DNA of 64,000 bases. Origin: Acinetobacter phage Ab1-TPeters. The position numbers and the translations under genes are program-made. Below are positions 54,205-64,000 of this stretch, in pieces. Position 1 is the stretch's first letter. The number at the start of each line of letters is the position of its first letter. Location: the sequence record PP763253.1. One strand, 5' to 3'. The notes beneath the pieces are model-generated. The model saw only the letters and a list, made by a program, of their open reading frames with translations. It ran no database searches and was not told the origin of the DNA.

Positions 54205-56300
54205 TAAGCTAAAACTCCTTTAACAAACATATGTAAACCTAAGTCATCTATCTTATCGTCAGTGTTCAGTGGAAGAACACTTTGATTTTGAGTTGCTGGT
54301 TTAGCGATAGGTGCAGCGTTGGCTGACATATTTGCAGCATCTTTATAGACTAAAGGTACTTTAGGTTGAGGTTTAGATATCTGAGGAACTGATTCCTTTA
54401 CTGGCTTAGCTATAGTTGGAGGAATAGCTGGACTCTGTTTGATATCTTTCTTTTTCTGATCAAGAAGTTTAGGTGTCTCAACTTTAGATTTTGCATCTTT
54501 ACCATTGACTTGATCGTTTCCAACTTTCTTAGTAGCTGGCTTAATGATTTGCTCTTTACCAGATCTAAGATTACCCTCAACCCTTTGCATTGCATTTAAA
54601 ATTTTCTCTCTTTCAGCTGGAGTGTAATCAGACATTTTCTTATTCACACCAACTGCGGATAAAACTGCTTTCTGGTAAGCGGCAGTATTATTCTCATGTG
54701 GTGGAGCATATCTAGCAATAGCTGCTGTTAGAGTAAGGTTCTTATACCTAGCTCCATTGAACAACATATCCCCTTTAGCCTTTCTGCCAGTTTCCATATT
54801 AGGGAAAATAGCAAATCTACCATCTGACCCGATAGCACCTAAGCTGGCTGTGTACTTATTGTACTCCATGTTGCCTGGGTTATTGTTCCGCCAGTTCCTG
54901 TCACCTGTTCTCTTAACAATAGAGCCATCTTCAAGCTGGTAAGTAACGCCTTTCTTACCGTCATTTGCATTAATAATTTTTGCAACTGACTTACCTGCAG
55001 GAGTTGTGGTGTGTATTGCTTGACCTGCAGTGTAACTTCCAGCTCCACCTGAACTGCCTATGCCATTGAATACATTAGTCATACCAGCTACTGCGTTATT
55101 TTTAAAATTATTAAAATTTTGCAGGCTGTTATTGAGAAGATTAGTTCCTACTGTCTTAGCTAAACCTAAACCCTTAAAAAATTTACCTATTACAGGTAAT
55201 TCAGCTAACCAGTCAAATAAACCTCCGAAACCGTCACCGATAAAAGTGAAAACTCCTTTGATTTTATCGTGAACTCCTTGACCTATCTTTTTAATTGCAA
55301 CAATAGGTTTAGTTAGCTCTTTTAATGTGCTAGCAACTTTTTCAGGTGATAATATTCCGAATGACAAACTAGAGATACCGTGAGATACAGCTGAGCCAGT
55401 TTTAGTCAGTAAATTAGATTTACCAAATAATTTCTCTGCTTTTTCATCACTGAAACCTTGGTAAGCATTATATAAACCAACACCACCAGCAGCTAAAGCA
55501 CCAATTCCTGGAAGAAACCTAGCAAACTTACCGAATTTATTTAGTTTATTAAACTTACCAAATCTCTTACCAAAACCTCCAAATAGCGAGTCAGCTATTC
55601 CTTGTGATTCAGGCTTAGCTACTTCAGCAGGAGCTCTACTGCTCATTTGACTCAGAATTCTTTCTAGAATGTCTGTTTGTTTTCTTTCTTCAAGTAGAGA
55701 CTTGTCTTCAACTAGTTTAATGGAGTCACTGTTAGTATCTTCTTTTATTGAAGCATTAGTTATTGAAGCTTCAATTTTACCTAAGTCTTCCTCAATCTCA
55801 TTAAAAATATCTAACTGAATTGATTCAAATGGTTTATTTGTATTTTTAAGTTCTGGAATTTCAGGTGGCTTAATGGACTCCTGAAGATCATCGAATTTAA
55901 CAGAGATTTTCTCAAGCAACTCATTAGTTTTCTCAGGATCAATTCCCTCAATTTTACTTAAAGCTTGCTCAAGAGCACCTTGTCCGTTCTCTTCATTTTC
56001 TTTTCTTTGCTTTCTCTCAGCTCTGAGTTGTTTTAATTCAGACCTGTAAGAAGAAAACATGTCACCTATGTTAATTTTATCAGCCAGGCCATCTAGACCT
56101 ACAGCACGCAACCCAGCTTTACCTAACTGATTTCCAGCAAATCTAGCTTTAGAAAATCTAGATATGTCATCTATTCCAAATCGGCTTGCTAACTCTTGTC
56201 TAAATCCAAATAATTGATTTTGACTAGAGTTAGCTAATTTACTGCCAGTAATTCTGATAACGTCAGAAACTAAACTATTGTTCATTTTGTTCACCATCAA
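54204..56300 (-). CDS. tape measure protein
   Basis: 698 aa; coiled-coil N-terminal half, Gly/Phe/Lys-rich FGGFGKRFGKFNKLNKFGKF repeats; located between tube/chaperone and baseplate genes. Confidence 0.45.
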   Translation of the reverse strand: MMVNKMNNSLVSDVIRITGSKLANSSQNQLFGFRQELASRFGIDDISRFSKARFAGNQLGKAGLRAVGLDGLADKINIGDMFSSYRSELKQLRAERKQRKENEENGQGALEQALSKIEGIDPEKTNELLEKISVKFDDLQESIKPPEIPELKNTNKPFESIQLDIFNEIEEDLGKIEASITNASIKEDTNSDSIKLVEDKSLLEERKQTDILERILSQMSSRAPAEVAKPESQGIADSLFGGFGKRFGKFNKLNKFGKFARFLPGIGALAAGGVGLYNAYQGFSDEKAEKLFGKSNLLTKTGSAVSHGISSLSFGILSPEKVASTLKELTKPIVAIKKIGQGVHDKIKGVFTFIGDGFGGLFDWLAELPVIGKFFKGLGLAKTVGTNLLNNSLQNFNNFKNNAVAGMTNVFNGIGSSGGAGSYTAGQAIHTTTPAGKSVAKIINANDGKKGVTYQLEDGSIVKRTGDRNWRNNNPGNMEYNKYTASLGAIGSDGRFAIFPNMETGRKAKGDMLFNGARYKNLTLTAAIARYAPPHENNTAAYQKAVLSAVGVNKKMSDYTPAEREKILNAMQRVEGNLRSGKEQIIKPATKKVGNDQVNGKDAKSKVETPKLLDQKKKDIKQSPAIPPTIAKPVKESVPQISKPQPKVPLVYKDAANMSANAAPIAKPATQNQSVLPLNTDDKIDDLGLHMFVKGVLA

Positions 56301-56371
56301 TCATTTTTATGTAAACTGTGGCTTCTTCGTAATCAAGATGTTTAGCTTCCAGAACGCTACTCACTACACCC

Positions 56372-57157
56372 TTACGAGCTAGCGTAAATTTCAGATAAAA
56401 TAGATTTTCTATCTCTACGAAAGGGAATAGCCAATTGGCTAAGTACCTCTACGTTACTAGAAGATTCTCTTTCACAGTGAGGACATTTAATTGCTACTTT
56501 CTGTTCACCAAAATCTAACAACTCACGAACAGTAAACAGAACCTCTAGGTCATCACCTGAAACAGTCTTAATTAATTCAAGAGCTTCTGGAATACTCATG
56601 TCTTGAACTGTCATAGCTAAGTAGCTAGAGTCTGTCTGAGGTAAATCTAACTTAGCGAATTCAATAAACTTCTCAGCAGTAACTGTATTTAGAATTAACT
56701 GTTTACCTGCATTCACTCCTTCCTTAAGGGTATACTTAATAGGAAGACTTACAAGTTCTTCTGGTAGGTCATTAAATTCAAGACTATCTAACTTGAGATC
56801 TTGTTTAACGTGCTTGCCGCAGTCTGATTTTGGACAATCATACTCAAAAGTAAAGAGAGTGTTGTGAAATGTAGTAAGCTTTCTTAAGATCATAATATAA
56901 ATTAAATCTTGGTAATCTAACTGTTCTGGTTTGATTCCAACGCATTCAATTCCTTTGTAAGCTGATCTTAATTTGTCAATATCTTCAGATTCGAAGATTT
57001 CAGTGCACTCTTCTAACTCACCAATGCTGTAAGTGTAGAAATAAATTTCTGTGCCTTGTGGGTAAGGCTTAAATTTTGATGGTAATTCTTTAACTTGAAT
57101 ACGTCTAGTTTCTCGCTTTACGCTAGGCGTTACGCTATCTCGAGTAATTACGTCCAT
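56372..57157 (-). CDS. tail assembly protein
   Basis: 261 aa; CxxC...CxxC pairs. Confidence 0.3.
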   Translation of the reverse strand: MDVITRDSVTPSVKRETRRIQVKELPSKFKPYPQGTEIYFYTYSIGELEECTEIFESEDIDKLRSAYKGIECVGIKPEQLDYQDLIYIMILRKLTTFHNTLFTFEYDCPKSDCGKHVKQDLKLDSLEFNDLPEELVSLPIKYTLKEGVNAGKQLILNTVTAEKFIEFAKLDLPQTDSSYLAMTVQDMSIPEALELIKTVSGDDLEVLFTVRELLDFGEQKVAIKCPHCERESSSNVEVLSQLAIPFRRDRKSILSEIYASS

Positions 57158-57636
57158 TAAAGTTTTCCTGCGATATTAAAATTTAAATTGTGTTGGTCAG
57201 CTTCAGATGAAGAAGTTCCTTTGAACGGATGACCACCATCTGGATATACTAGATAAGATTTACGATAAACAACCGATTTATCTCGTCTATATTTAATTAC
57301 ATGTAAAGTTTTAACTGCTTCAGCCAGAGTTAAAACTCCTTCATTTGAAACCGTACTATTCAACCATTCTTCAAACCAATGATGTAAAGTACCTTCTTCA
57401 TCATCCAAGTATGTAATTGACATATCTGGAGCAGATTTGTTCATCGGTGATTTGAATTCAGTAGTTGACATAGTTCCTACAAATGAAGTAGTCGTTATGT
57501 TATTTATGTCTACGTCAGTTGCAGGGAACCAGTCAGAAAAGGGAGCTGGAGCACCTTCGAGTTTAATATCCCAAAGGTACGAAGCTCCCCATTCGATAGC
57601 CCTGACTTGACTTAAATTATTTAAGAAGCCAGCCAT
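57157..57636 (-). CDS. tail protein
   Basis: 159 aa. Confidence 0.3.
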   Translation of the reverse strand: MAGFLNNLSQVRAIEWGASYLWDIKLEGAPAPFSDWFPATDVDINNITTTSFVGTMSTTEFKSPMNKSAPDMSITYLDDEEGTLHHWFEEWLNSTVSNEGVLTLAEAVKTLHVIKYRRDKSVVYRKSYLVYPDGGHPFKGTSSSEADQHNLNFNIAGKL

Positions 57637-57645
57637 AGTCTACCT

Positions 57646-58158
57646 TTAAAGTTTACGTTGAGTGAAATCATCGTAAGACAAGATCATGCTAGGTTTCATG
57701 TTCTCTGAACCTGAACCTTGTAATTGACCATTGTCATAGTCTTCTAGGAAAGCTCCAATAAGAACATATTCCCAGATTGGTCTGTCAGCTCGATCTAAGC
57801 GAACTAAGCGAACCTGAGCTTCAACTTCTGATTTCTTCTTACCCTTACCTGTGTTAGTTTCATAACACATTTCTTGCCACTTAGAGATAATTTCAGAGAT
57901 TTTACCATCTATAGTTTCATTCAATTGAAGAGTAAGAGTTCCAACTGGAGTGTAAATTCCAGGTTGTTTTACTGGAGGTAAACCACGAATTTGAATCGGG
58001 ATTGATTGTCCAGTTTTCTTAGGTACGTCACTTGACTCAGCACGTAAGTTAATGTCCTGGCCATTAATTCCAGCTGGAGCAGCATTGAATTGAATGTACC
58101 AGTTATACGTGGTAGCGAAGTCACCTAGACCACGAATTTGCGATAAAGTAGGTCTCAT
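57646..58158 (-). CDS. tail tube protein
   Basis: 170 aa immediately downstream of sheath-sized gene. Confidence 0.4.
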   Translation of the reverse strand: MRPTLSQIRGLGDFATTYNWYIQFNAAPAGINGQDINLRAESSDVPKKTGQSIPIQIRGLPPVKQPGIYTPVGTLTLQLNETIDGKISEIISKWQEMCYETNTGKGKKKSEVEAQVRLVRLDRADRPIWEYVLIGAFLEDYDNGQLQGSGSENMKPSMILSYDDFTQRKL

Positions 58159-58169
58159 TGTTATTCACC

Positions 58170-59945
58170 TTAAGCTGCTTGAGCTTGTAGACTTACAGAA
58201 CCTTCGCTAGTAAGAGCAACTGTGAAGTTGATTTTCTCTACTGATTGAGAAGGGCAGATAATAAGATCGACATTCAGAATATGATTATCGATATCTGACT
58301 GACTGTTGTTAGTCTCATCGCACACAGTAACGTACGATGTAACACCTTTACGAGCTAACACTGAGTCCATATATTGGTCTATCTTAGCTTTTACATCTGC
58401 ACGAGTGTCTGAATCGTTAAACTCAAACAGAGTGCCTTCTAAGAACTTAGTGATAGCTGGACCTAAAGTAACTAGCAGAAGTCGTACGTTCAGACGATCT
58501 AGCATTGAAGCTTGAGCTTGGAGTGTCTTCTGACCCCAAATCTTAATACCTTCACCTTCTTCAAATATGATAGGGTTAATTCCGTTATCATATAAGAAAT
58601 TCTGGTCTTCTTCATTGAAGTGAACTTTAGTGTCTTTAGCTGATACGATACCGCGAGTGTTACCTGCAGGTGGGTACCAAATCTCGAAGTTAGAAGCTGT
58701 TTGAAGAATAGCTGCAATAGCGAAACCATCTGGAGCTACAAAGATATCTCTGTCATTGAACTCGTCATATACTTCCACGTGAGGAGCATAAAGAGTTGCG
58801 TAGCTAGAATTGATATTCTGGTCTACTTTACGGAATTGGACACACTCACTAGCTGAAGTTTCTTCATTAGCTTGAGCAGACAAAGGTGCAGAAGTAATTG
58901 CAACTAAGTCCTGACGTCCTTCAGCTAAGTCTTTAACTGCTTGTTGGTAAGCAGGAATAGACCAACCTGAATCACCTACTACTTTAATTCCACTCCAACG
59001 TTTCTTGTTCTTAAGTGAATTAAGAGCTCGAATCATATCACCTGTAGTGATCGGATCACCGTCAGTACCGCCAGTTAAAGCAGTTGGAGTAAGTACGTCT
59101 GGGATAGTTGTAACAAATTCATTATCAACGATCTTAACATTGATGTTGTTTTTAGTTACATCTTCAACGTAGTAGCTTAAGCCTTCAATTACGTCACGAC
59201 TCTTAGAAATAATTACTGAGTCGATTGGGTCATTGAAATTACCTTTGCGGTAAATGCTCAACTTAGCAGTGTTAGGAATGGTTGTGTAGTTAAATGCAGG
59301 AGAAATATATGTTTCTCCTTCTGAAGCTTCGAAACTAACTGCAGTTGTTAAAGCAGCGTTAGCGTAAAGAGCTAATCCTGATTCAGTGTATTTAACAAAG
59401 TAGACCTGACCTGATTTAAGACCCACTGGAAGTTTACCTAGAACACGAATAGGGAATCCGTCAGTCCATTGAGATAAATCTTCAGCAGTAAAGACACCTG
59501 CGCCAACAGTAACTTTAGTATCAGTTTTATAATTATGAATAGTAAAGTAAAGTTGATCACCCCACTTACCTTGGTCAGCAGCGTGAAGATAGATACTGTT
59601 ATCACCTAGCTCTACTCCAGCTGGAGTGAGAGAGCCTTGACCAGTAACGGTAGCACCAACCAAAGCACCCGCAAATTGAGCAGACTCAGGCGCAGCACGA
59701 ACAACAATAATATTGTCACCACCCTTGTAAGCAGCTAAAGCTGAGAAGTAAGATGTAGAACCACCCACTGGAACTTTACCTGAAGCAGTAAATCGCTTCA
59801 AGAAGTTATTTCTGTTTCCAGGCAACACTGGAGTGTTAACTGGGCCACGCTCAGCAGCAACTACCAAAGCAGCGTAAATTGAATCGCCGACTTTAACGTA
59901 AGAACTTAAATCACGTTCTTTATATTCAACAAATGCTCTTGTCAT
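58170..59945 (-). CDS. contractile tail sheath protein
   Basis: 591 aa; size and position (upstream of tube) typical of myovirus sheath. Confidence 0.5.
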   Translation of the reverse strand: MTRAFVEYKERDLSSYVKVGDSIYAALVVAAERGPVNTPVLPGNRNNFLKRFTASGKVPVGGSTSYFSALAAYKGGDNIIVVRAAPESAQFAGALVGATVTGQGSLTPAGVELGDNSIYLHAADQGKWGDQLYFTIHNYKTDTKVTVGAGVFTAEDLSQWTDGFPIRVLGKLPVGLKSGQVYFVKYTESGLALYANAALTTAVSFEASEGETYISPAFNYTTIPNTAKLSIYRKGNFNDPIDSVIISKSRDVIEGLSYYVEDVTKNNINVKIVDNEFVTTIPDVLTPTALTGGTDGDPITTGDMIRALNSLKNKKRWSGIKVVGDSGWSIPAYQQAVKDLAEGRQDLVAITSAPLSAQANEETSASECVQFRKVDQNINSSYATLYAPHVEVYDEFNDRDIFVAPDGFAIAAILQTASNFEIWYPPAGNTRGIVSAKDTKVHFNEEDQNFLYDNGINPIIFEEGEGIKIWGQKTLQAQASMLDRLNVRLLLVTLGPAITKFLEGTLFEFNDSDTRADVKAKIDQYMDSVLARKGVTSYVTVCDETNNSQSDIDNHILNVDLIICPSQSVEKINFTVALTSEGSVSLQAQAA

Positions 59946-59946
59946 T

Positions 59947-60126
59947 TTACACCTCAGTCAACTGGTACTTAAGGCCAGCTGGTAATTTGTCGAGTTGAAC
60001 GTCATTTGCATTCACAGTTATTCGACCCTTAGGTGGGATAATTGTAAAATCATTTTTATAGCTTAATTGTACATCTTCGTTCAACGTATTCAAGATGATA
60101 CAACCAGTAGGCTTTTTAGCTGCCAT
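59947..60126 (-). CDS. small hypothetical protein (59 aa)
   Basis: Not in ORF track; MAAKKPTGCIILNTLNEDVQLSYKNDFTIIPPKGRITVNANDVQLDKLPAGLKYQLTEV, fills the gap upstream of the sheath gene. Confidence 0.3.
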   Translation of the reverse strand: MAAKKPTGCIILNTLNEDVQLSYKNDFTIIPPKGRITVNANDVQLDKLPAGLKYQLTEV

Positions 60127-60136
60127 ATTGATCTCT

Positions 60137-60832
60137 CTATTGATTATTCCAAAGTATTAGATTGTCTGAATCAAGTGAACCTTTCTTAACCTCAAGGTCT
60201 CTACCTGAACAGTCTTTAACAGTGAAGGTAACTTCCTCAATTCTAGGGTAATCCTCAGCTGGTAGCTCTAGCTCACCAGTAACGACAACTCCAGTAATTG
60301 TAGCACTTCCTCCGAGAGATTTGTAGTAATTGGTGTCTTTATTGAAGAATAACTCCTCTAAATCACGTTCCCAATTAATAGCAAAATCTATCTCAGCATC
60401 AATCCCTGGAATTTTGACAGAAACGGTTGATACTGAATTGATAGCTTGGTTAGTAAGCCAAAGTGCCTCAAATACTTCAAGATCATTTATAGATTGAGAA
60501 TAATATTGAAATCTATATTTAAATTGAACTGGAGTAAATTTGAGGTCGTTAACCGAGCCACCTACAGGGGAGGTGACGATCTGACCAACTCTCCCTGTAG
60601 AAGCTCTTTGGATAGAATCACGAGACCAAGCTAAAGCAGGCAAACTAGTATTAGCAGCCACTGGCTTACTGTCATCGTTCAATCCATCCTGAACACGTAA
60701 GCTATTTAAAGTTGTTTCATAGCTTAACTGAGGATCGAACACAATTGATCTAATAAGATCTTTTAGTTTGGTCATTGCCACAGTGTGAAGTGAGCTAATA
60801 ACCATAGCTGAAGTAATAGCAAATCTGCTCAT
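60137..60832 (-). CDS. tail/neck structural protein
   Basis: 231 aa. Confidence 0.3.
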   Translation of the reverse strand: MSRFAITSAMVISSLHTVAMTKLKDLIRSIVFDPQLSYETTLNSLRVQDGLNDDSKPVAANTSLPALAWSRDSIQRASTGRVGQIVTSPVGGSVNDLKFTPVQFKYRFQYYSQSINDLEVFEALWLTNQAINSVSTVSVKIPGIDAEIDFAINWERDLEELFFNKDTNYYKSLGGSATITGVVVTGELELPAEDYPRIEEVTFTVKDCSGRDLEVKKGSLDSDNLILWNNQ

Positions 60833-61393
60833 TTAATCCCCCAAGCTAGATAGCTTAAATCTGTGAAAGATAGTTGTTTGATTTCCAACCACTTCTAAGC
60901 CAACAACTATGAATCTTATTTGTTTTGAATCGCTTCTATTTATTGAAAGAATGTCACCTTCATTTAAATCTGAATCAGTAATTGTGTAAGCATATCCTGC
61001 TTCCTCAATATAACCTAAATCAAATTTGTTAATTAAGCGCCATTGATAGTTATTAAATAAAACTTTTAATGGAACTCCTTCACCTTTGTATCTAACATTA
61101 GTGTCAATTGGAGTTGGATTAAAAATGCCATTAGTGAGATCAATTGTTTGAAACTCAGTTTCTGGTGGATTGTTGTAAACTTCATCGTAGATAGATGATT
61201 GCTCATAGGTAGTTTTAGGACTTGAATTAAAAGTGCTATTACCTGCAAAAACACCATAGACTTCGTCAGCTTGGTCAGATAGTTGTCTCTTAAACATCAG
61301 ACACTCCTGACCGCTAACTAATAAACCAGCTTTAACGTGAGCAAAAGTAAATTTATTAGTAGCCTCTTCGAGTTTATTCAAAAAGTTACTCAT
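60833..61393 (-). CDS. neck/tail completion protein
   Basis: 186 aa. Confidence 0.3.
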   Translation of the reverse strand: MSNFLNKLEEATNKFTFAHVKAGLLVSGQECLMFKRQLSDQADEVYGVFAGNSTFNSSPKTTYEQSSIYDEVYNNPPETEFQTIDLTNGIFNPTPIDTNVRYKGEGVPLKVLFNNYQWRLINKFDLGYIEEAGYAYTITDSDLNEGDILSINRSDSKQIRFIVVGLEVVGNQTTIFHRFKLSSLGD

Positions 61394-61400
61394 AAATCAC

Positions 61401-62036
61401 CTACATAGCTGCTAGCATCCAATCACTGGTAGTTTGGATATCTTCAATTGCCTTCTCGTAGATTCCTTGACCCTCAGCTACCAACTGTTCACCATCTTGA
61501 GTGAATGGTAAGTCATTAAGAGCAAATGATCTTCTAGACCTTCCGATAGATATCATCAGTCGACCTACAAATAAATCAATGAAGAAAGAATCAGTTAACT
61601 CTAGAGATTCAATTGATTTCTTCTCTTTGTCATATACATGTGGAACTGCATACCTTACTTCATAACTATTCTTAGGTAAGAATGTCTTAAATACACCAGT
61701 TGATGAATCATATCTCCAGTATTGACTAGAAATAGTTCCGAATCTGTTGTAACTGAAGTATTGAGTTAAACCAGCTCTAGTCTTAATGTCTGCGATTAAG
61801 ATTGGCTTACGTTGAGGGAAACTAGCAGGGTTATCGTCAAAAACCTTACCATCATAGAGCTCAAGAAATTCGGTTTTAACTTCTGGACGATATCTACTAT
61901 AAACAGCTAGCTCACGAATAATGAGCATTTCAACTAAGTCATGTCTGAACATAGTTGCTTCTTCAATATTTTCAAGAATGAATTGACCTGACTGGATAGA
62001 AAAGGCATCCATAAGCTCTTTATAAGATATCGCCAT
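61401..62036 (-). CDS. head-tail connector/completion protein
   Basis: 211 aa. Confidence 0.3.
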   Translation of the reverse strand: MAISYKELMDAFSIQSGQFILENIEEATMFRHDLVEMLIIRELAVYSRYRPEVKTEFLELYDGKVFDDNPASFPQRKPILIADIKTRAGLTQYFSYNRFGTISSQYWRYDSSTGVFKTFLPKNSYEVRYAVPHVYDKEKKSIESLELTDSFFIDLFVGRLMISIGRSRRSFALNDLPFTQDGEQLVAEGQGIYEKAIEDIQTTSDWMLAAM

Positions 62037-62040
62037 GTCT

Positions 62041-62355
62041 TCACCCCATCAGCTGTTCGCGTCTTCTCATTGAGATTTCACGGTTACGTTTAGTGGAAGC
62101 CTTACGGTTAGCTTTCTTAGCAGCTTTACTACGGCGACGCTTCTCTAGCGCTGTCATTCTAACTAGGTTACCAGTTTTTGAATCACGTTTGAAGCCTTCA
62201 CGATTTTGTACTCCAGCATATTTTCTACGCTTTAGAATAACTGATTTACCATCGCGGATAGCTCGAATCCGTTTAATAGTGAAAACAGATTCGTTTGTAT
62301 CTTCTACTACTTGAACTGATTGAACAGTTTCCAATAATCTTTGTGCTCTACTCAT
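62041..62355 (-). CDS. highly basic small protein
   Basis: 104 aa; C-terminal half KRRKYAG...KRRRSKAAKKANRKASTKRNREISMRRRE is Arg/Lys-rich. Confidence 0.35.
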   Translation of the reverse strand: MSRAQRLLETVQSVQVVEDTNESVFTIKRIRAIRDGKSVILKRRKYAGVQNREGFKRDSKTGNLVRMTALEKRRRSKAAKKANRKASTKRNREISMRRREQLMG

Positions 62356-62894
62356 GGAGTTCTCCGAGGTCTATTAAGATACTCAAGGATTTGCTTATTA
62401 TCAGCAATCAAGCCGTTTTGCATTAATACTTTTACTAATGCTAAACTATGTTTGCACATGCCTGGAGTTTTAGTTGGGTTTCTTTCAGGGTAAGTTGTGG
62501 TCTTTCTTACATAAGGTTTGAATTTACCAATTAAGGCTTTCTTTTGCTTATTCGGATATTGCCACATGAAGTAATCATCCTTACAAGTACATCTAACTTG
62601 TAAGTTATTCTTCGTAGCTGAAATTTTAGGTATATAAACTACACCGCCTCCATCTAGATTAACTTTTAATAAATTAGTCTTATCTGGAGTATCAGAGTTA
62701 GTCACTTGTGAAAAAGTAAGCTGGACTAGGTATTGACTGAAAGAGTCTTTCTGTTGAGTTCGAGCTTGCGCTTTAACAAATAACTGCTTAGTTCTAGGCA
62801 CATATTTGAAATCAAGAGCTCCCACTTTACCTACAGGATATTGATTCTTTCTTAAAATGTTAGTTCCGCGTAAGATAATATCTTGTAAATTCAT
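62352..62894 (-). CDS. head-tail joining protein
   Basis: 180 aa. Confidence 0.3.
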   Translation of the reverse strand: MNLQDIILRGTNILRKNQYPVGKVGALDFKYVPRTKQLFVKAQARTQQKDSFSQYLVQLTFSQVTNSDTPDKTNLLKVNLDGGGVVYIPKISATKNNLQVRCTCKDDYFMWQYPNKQKKALIGKFKPYVRKTTTYPERNPTKTPGMCKHSLALVKVLMQNGLIADNKQILEYLNRPRRTP

Positions 62895-62916
62895 AAGAGC
62901 TCTCTCATTAATTCAG

Positions 62917-63612
62917 TTATTCGATAACTGTAATTTTGACTTCTTTAGTAAGTTCAGGCTTAGCCTTAGACTCTACTAAAATAATTGCTTCACCAGCTTT
63001 CTTACCTACCAGCTTGCCTCTACTTAAAGCAACAATATCTGGTGTTTTTGAAGTTATATTAAAGTTTTTATCTGTAGTTTCTTCTGGTTTGATTGAAACA
63101 GGAAGTGAATACTTATCACCCACTTTAATTTCAATATCTTCTTTAACTTCAATTTCAGTTGGAAGAATAACTGGAATCAGTACTTCCACTCTTACTTCTT
63201 GAGAAACTGAATTATCAAAGTTTGAAGTAACTTTAAGTTTCGCGACACCTTCCGCTAAGCCAGATACTTCTTGGTTATCACTTAGCTCAACGAATTCTTT
63301 ACCTTCAAGAATTTCCACTTTAACTGAAGAATCTTCAATGCTGTTCGGAATTACTTGAACTTCAAGAGCTTTAAGTTGACCAACTAGAATTCTAAGTGGC
63401 TCTACCTTTAGCTCTTTAAGAGTAATCTTCTCTTCTTCAGCATTATAATCTACTTCTAGATTGTATCGTTTAACCCAATAGTCCAAAACATCCTTAACGT
63501 TAGCAACTGGATTATTTAGAAAAACTACAGATCCTGGGCGAAGTTCAGTTTTAGCTTTACCAATTTCTAAGGGTAAAGAAATTTTGAATTTACTGTTGTT
63601 TGTAATACGCAT
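62917..63612 (-). CDS. head decoration / Hoc-like protein with Ig-like (Big_2-like) domain
   Basis: 231 aa; C-terminal IEIKVGDKYSLPVSIKPEETTDKNFNITSKTPDIVALSRGKLVGKKAGEAIILVES matches the Big_2 pattern; lies next to the capsid gene. Confidence 0.4.
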   Translation of the reverse strand: MRITNNSKFKISLPLEIGKAKTELRPGSVVFLNNPVANVKDVLDYWVKRYNLEVDYNAEEEKITLKELKVEPLRILVGQLKALEVQVIPNSIEDSSVKVEILEGKEFVELSDNQEVSGLAEGVAKLKVTSNFDNSVSQEVRVEVLIPVILPTEIEVKEDIEIKVGDKYSLPVSIKPEETTDKNFNITSKTPDIVALSRGKLVGKKAGEAIILVESKAKPELTKEVKITVIE

Positions 63613-63673
63613 TTCGTACTCCTGTGTTAGAAAGAGGGGAATTACCTTTCGATAATTCCCCTTTTCTCAGCTG

Positions 63674-64000
63674 TTAAGCAGTGATGTTCAGACCAACAAC
63701 AAGATTGTTGTTAATCGGAGTCATACCAGCCCAAACACCAGCAGCTTTAGTACCGCGGAATGGGTTGTTAGAATCCTGAACAGTATCAGTTACGATTAAC
63801 GGCATGAACGGAGAGTAAGCCAATGGGCAATTGAAGTAGCCATCTGGGTTACCTAACAAGAACATTGAATCGTCTGCAACTAGGTTAGTTGCGCGGATTA
63901 CAGGGATACCATCATAGTAGCCATATAAGCCGATTGAAGTAGTAGGTTGCACTGCAGCAGCACGGAACTCAGGAAGACCACGAAGGGTTGCACAAGCAGT
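63674..64000 (-). CDS. structural protein, probably major capsid protein (C-terminal part; continues beyond window)
   Basis: Frame stays open to the window edge on the - strand (…TACATLRGLPEFRAAAVQPTTSIG…); sits at the head end of the structural module. Confidence 0.35.
   Translation of the reverse strand, partial: TACATLRGLPEFRAAAVQPTTSIGLYGYYDGIPVIRATNLVADDSMFLLGNPDGYFNCPLAYSPFMPLIVTDTVQDSNNPFRGTKAAGVWAGMTPINNNLVVGLNITA

Noticed and set aside
54204-56300. Lytic transglycosylase or lysozyme domain in the tape measure protein
   Set aside because: The C-terminal globular segment lacks the ES...GLMQ or EGxxY lysozyme-like signatures, so only a tape-measure call is supported.

Overview
This window looks like part of the genome of a large, low-GC (about 35%) lytic myovirus. 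Bases 1-41070 carry roughly 85 densely packed early/middle genes on the + strand, many with overlapping stop/start codons. Bases 41113-64000 carry a late structural/lysis module on the - strand, reading from a capsid protein through sheath, tube, tape measure, baseplate and fibers to a CHAP lysin. The two convergent blocks meet at a 42-nt perfectly palindromic bidirectional terminator (41071-41112).

Confident calls on the + strand:
- NAD-dependent DNA ligase (17376-19217).
- Family A DNA polymerase with 3'-5' exonuclease (26779-29988).
- A replication cluster of primase, Cas4-like nuclease and DEAH helicase (22922-26375).
- dCTP deaminase (39919-40509).
- A thymidylate-synthase-family enzyme with a C-terminal extension (21180-22229), next to a P-loop kinase and a YfbR-like 5'-deoxynucleotidase.
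- A minimal Pol X polymerase (33710-34441), an actin-like ATPase (37199-38140), a DEDDh exonuclease, a NADAR/YbiA-like protein and a SleB-like cell wall hydrolase.

Most notable observations:
1. A phage-encoded, strikingly bacterial-like multisubunit RNA polymerase beta-prime N-terminal half (30831-32678). Its catalytic NADFDGD motif is split after NAD by a compact 360-nt ORF-less group I intron (32145-32504). P1 pairing, P7 and omega-G are all recognisable in the sequence.
2. A bipartite conserved intergenic element, CCTGTyTCTTAA-N12-AACCTGTTAAaTTGTCGGGG followed by a hairpin, in at least 10 copies upstream of + strand genes. It is a candidate promoter or operator class, possibly read by the phage RNA polymerase.
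3. A four-gene sugar-nucleotide module (34758-37182): GT-A-like glycosyltransferase, cupin, HldE-like nucleotidyltransferase and PMM-like HAD mutase. Together with the thymidylate-synthase-like/kinase/nucleotidase cluster and the dCTP deaminase, this suggests thymine replacement or hypermodification of the phage DNA, possibly glycosylated. That is a hypothesis and would need mass spectrometry of virion DNA to confirm.

No tRNAs, CRISPR arrays or transposons were seen.
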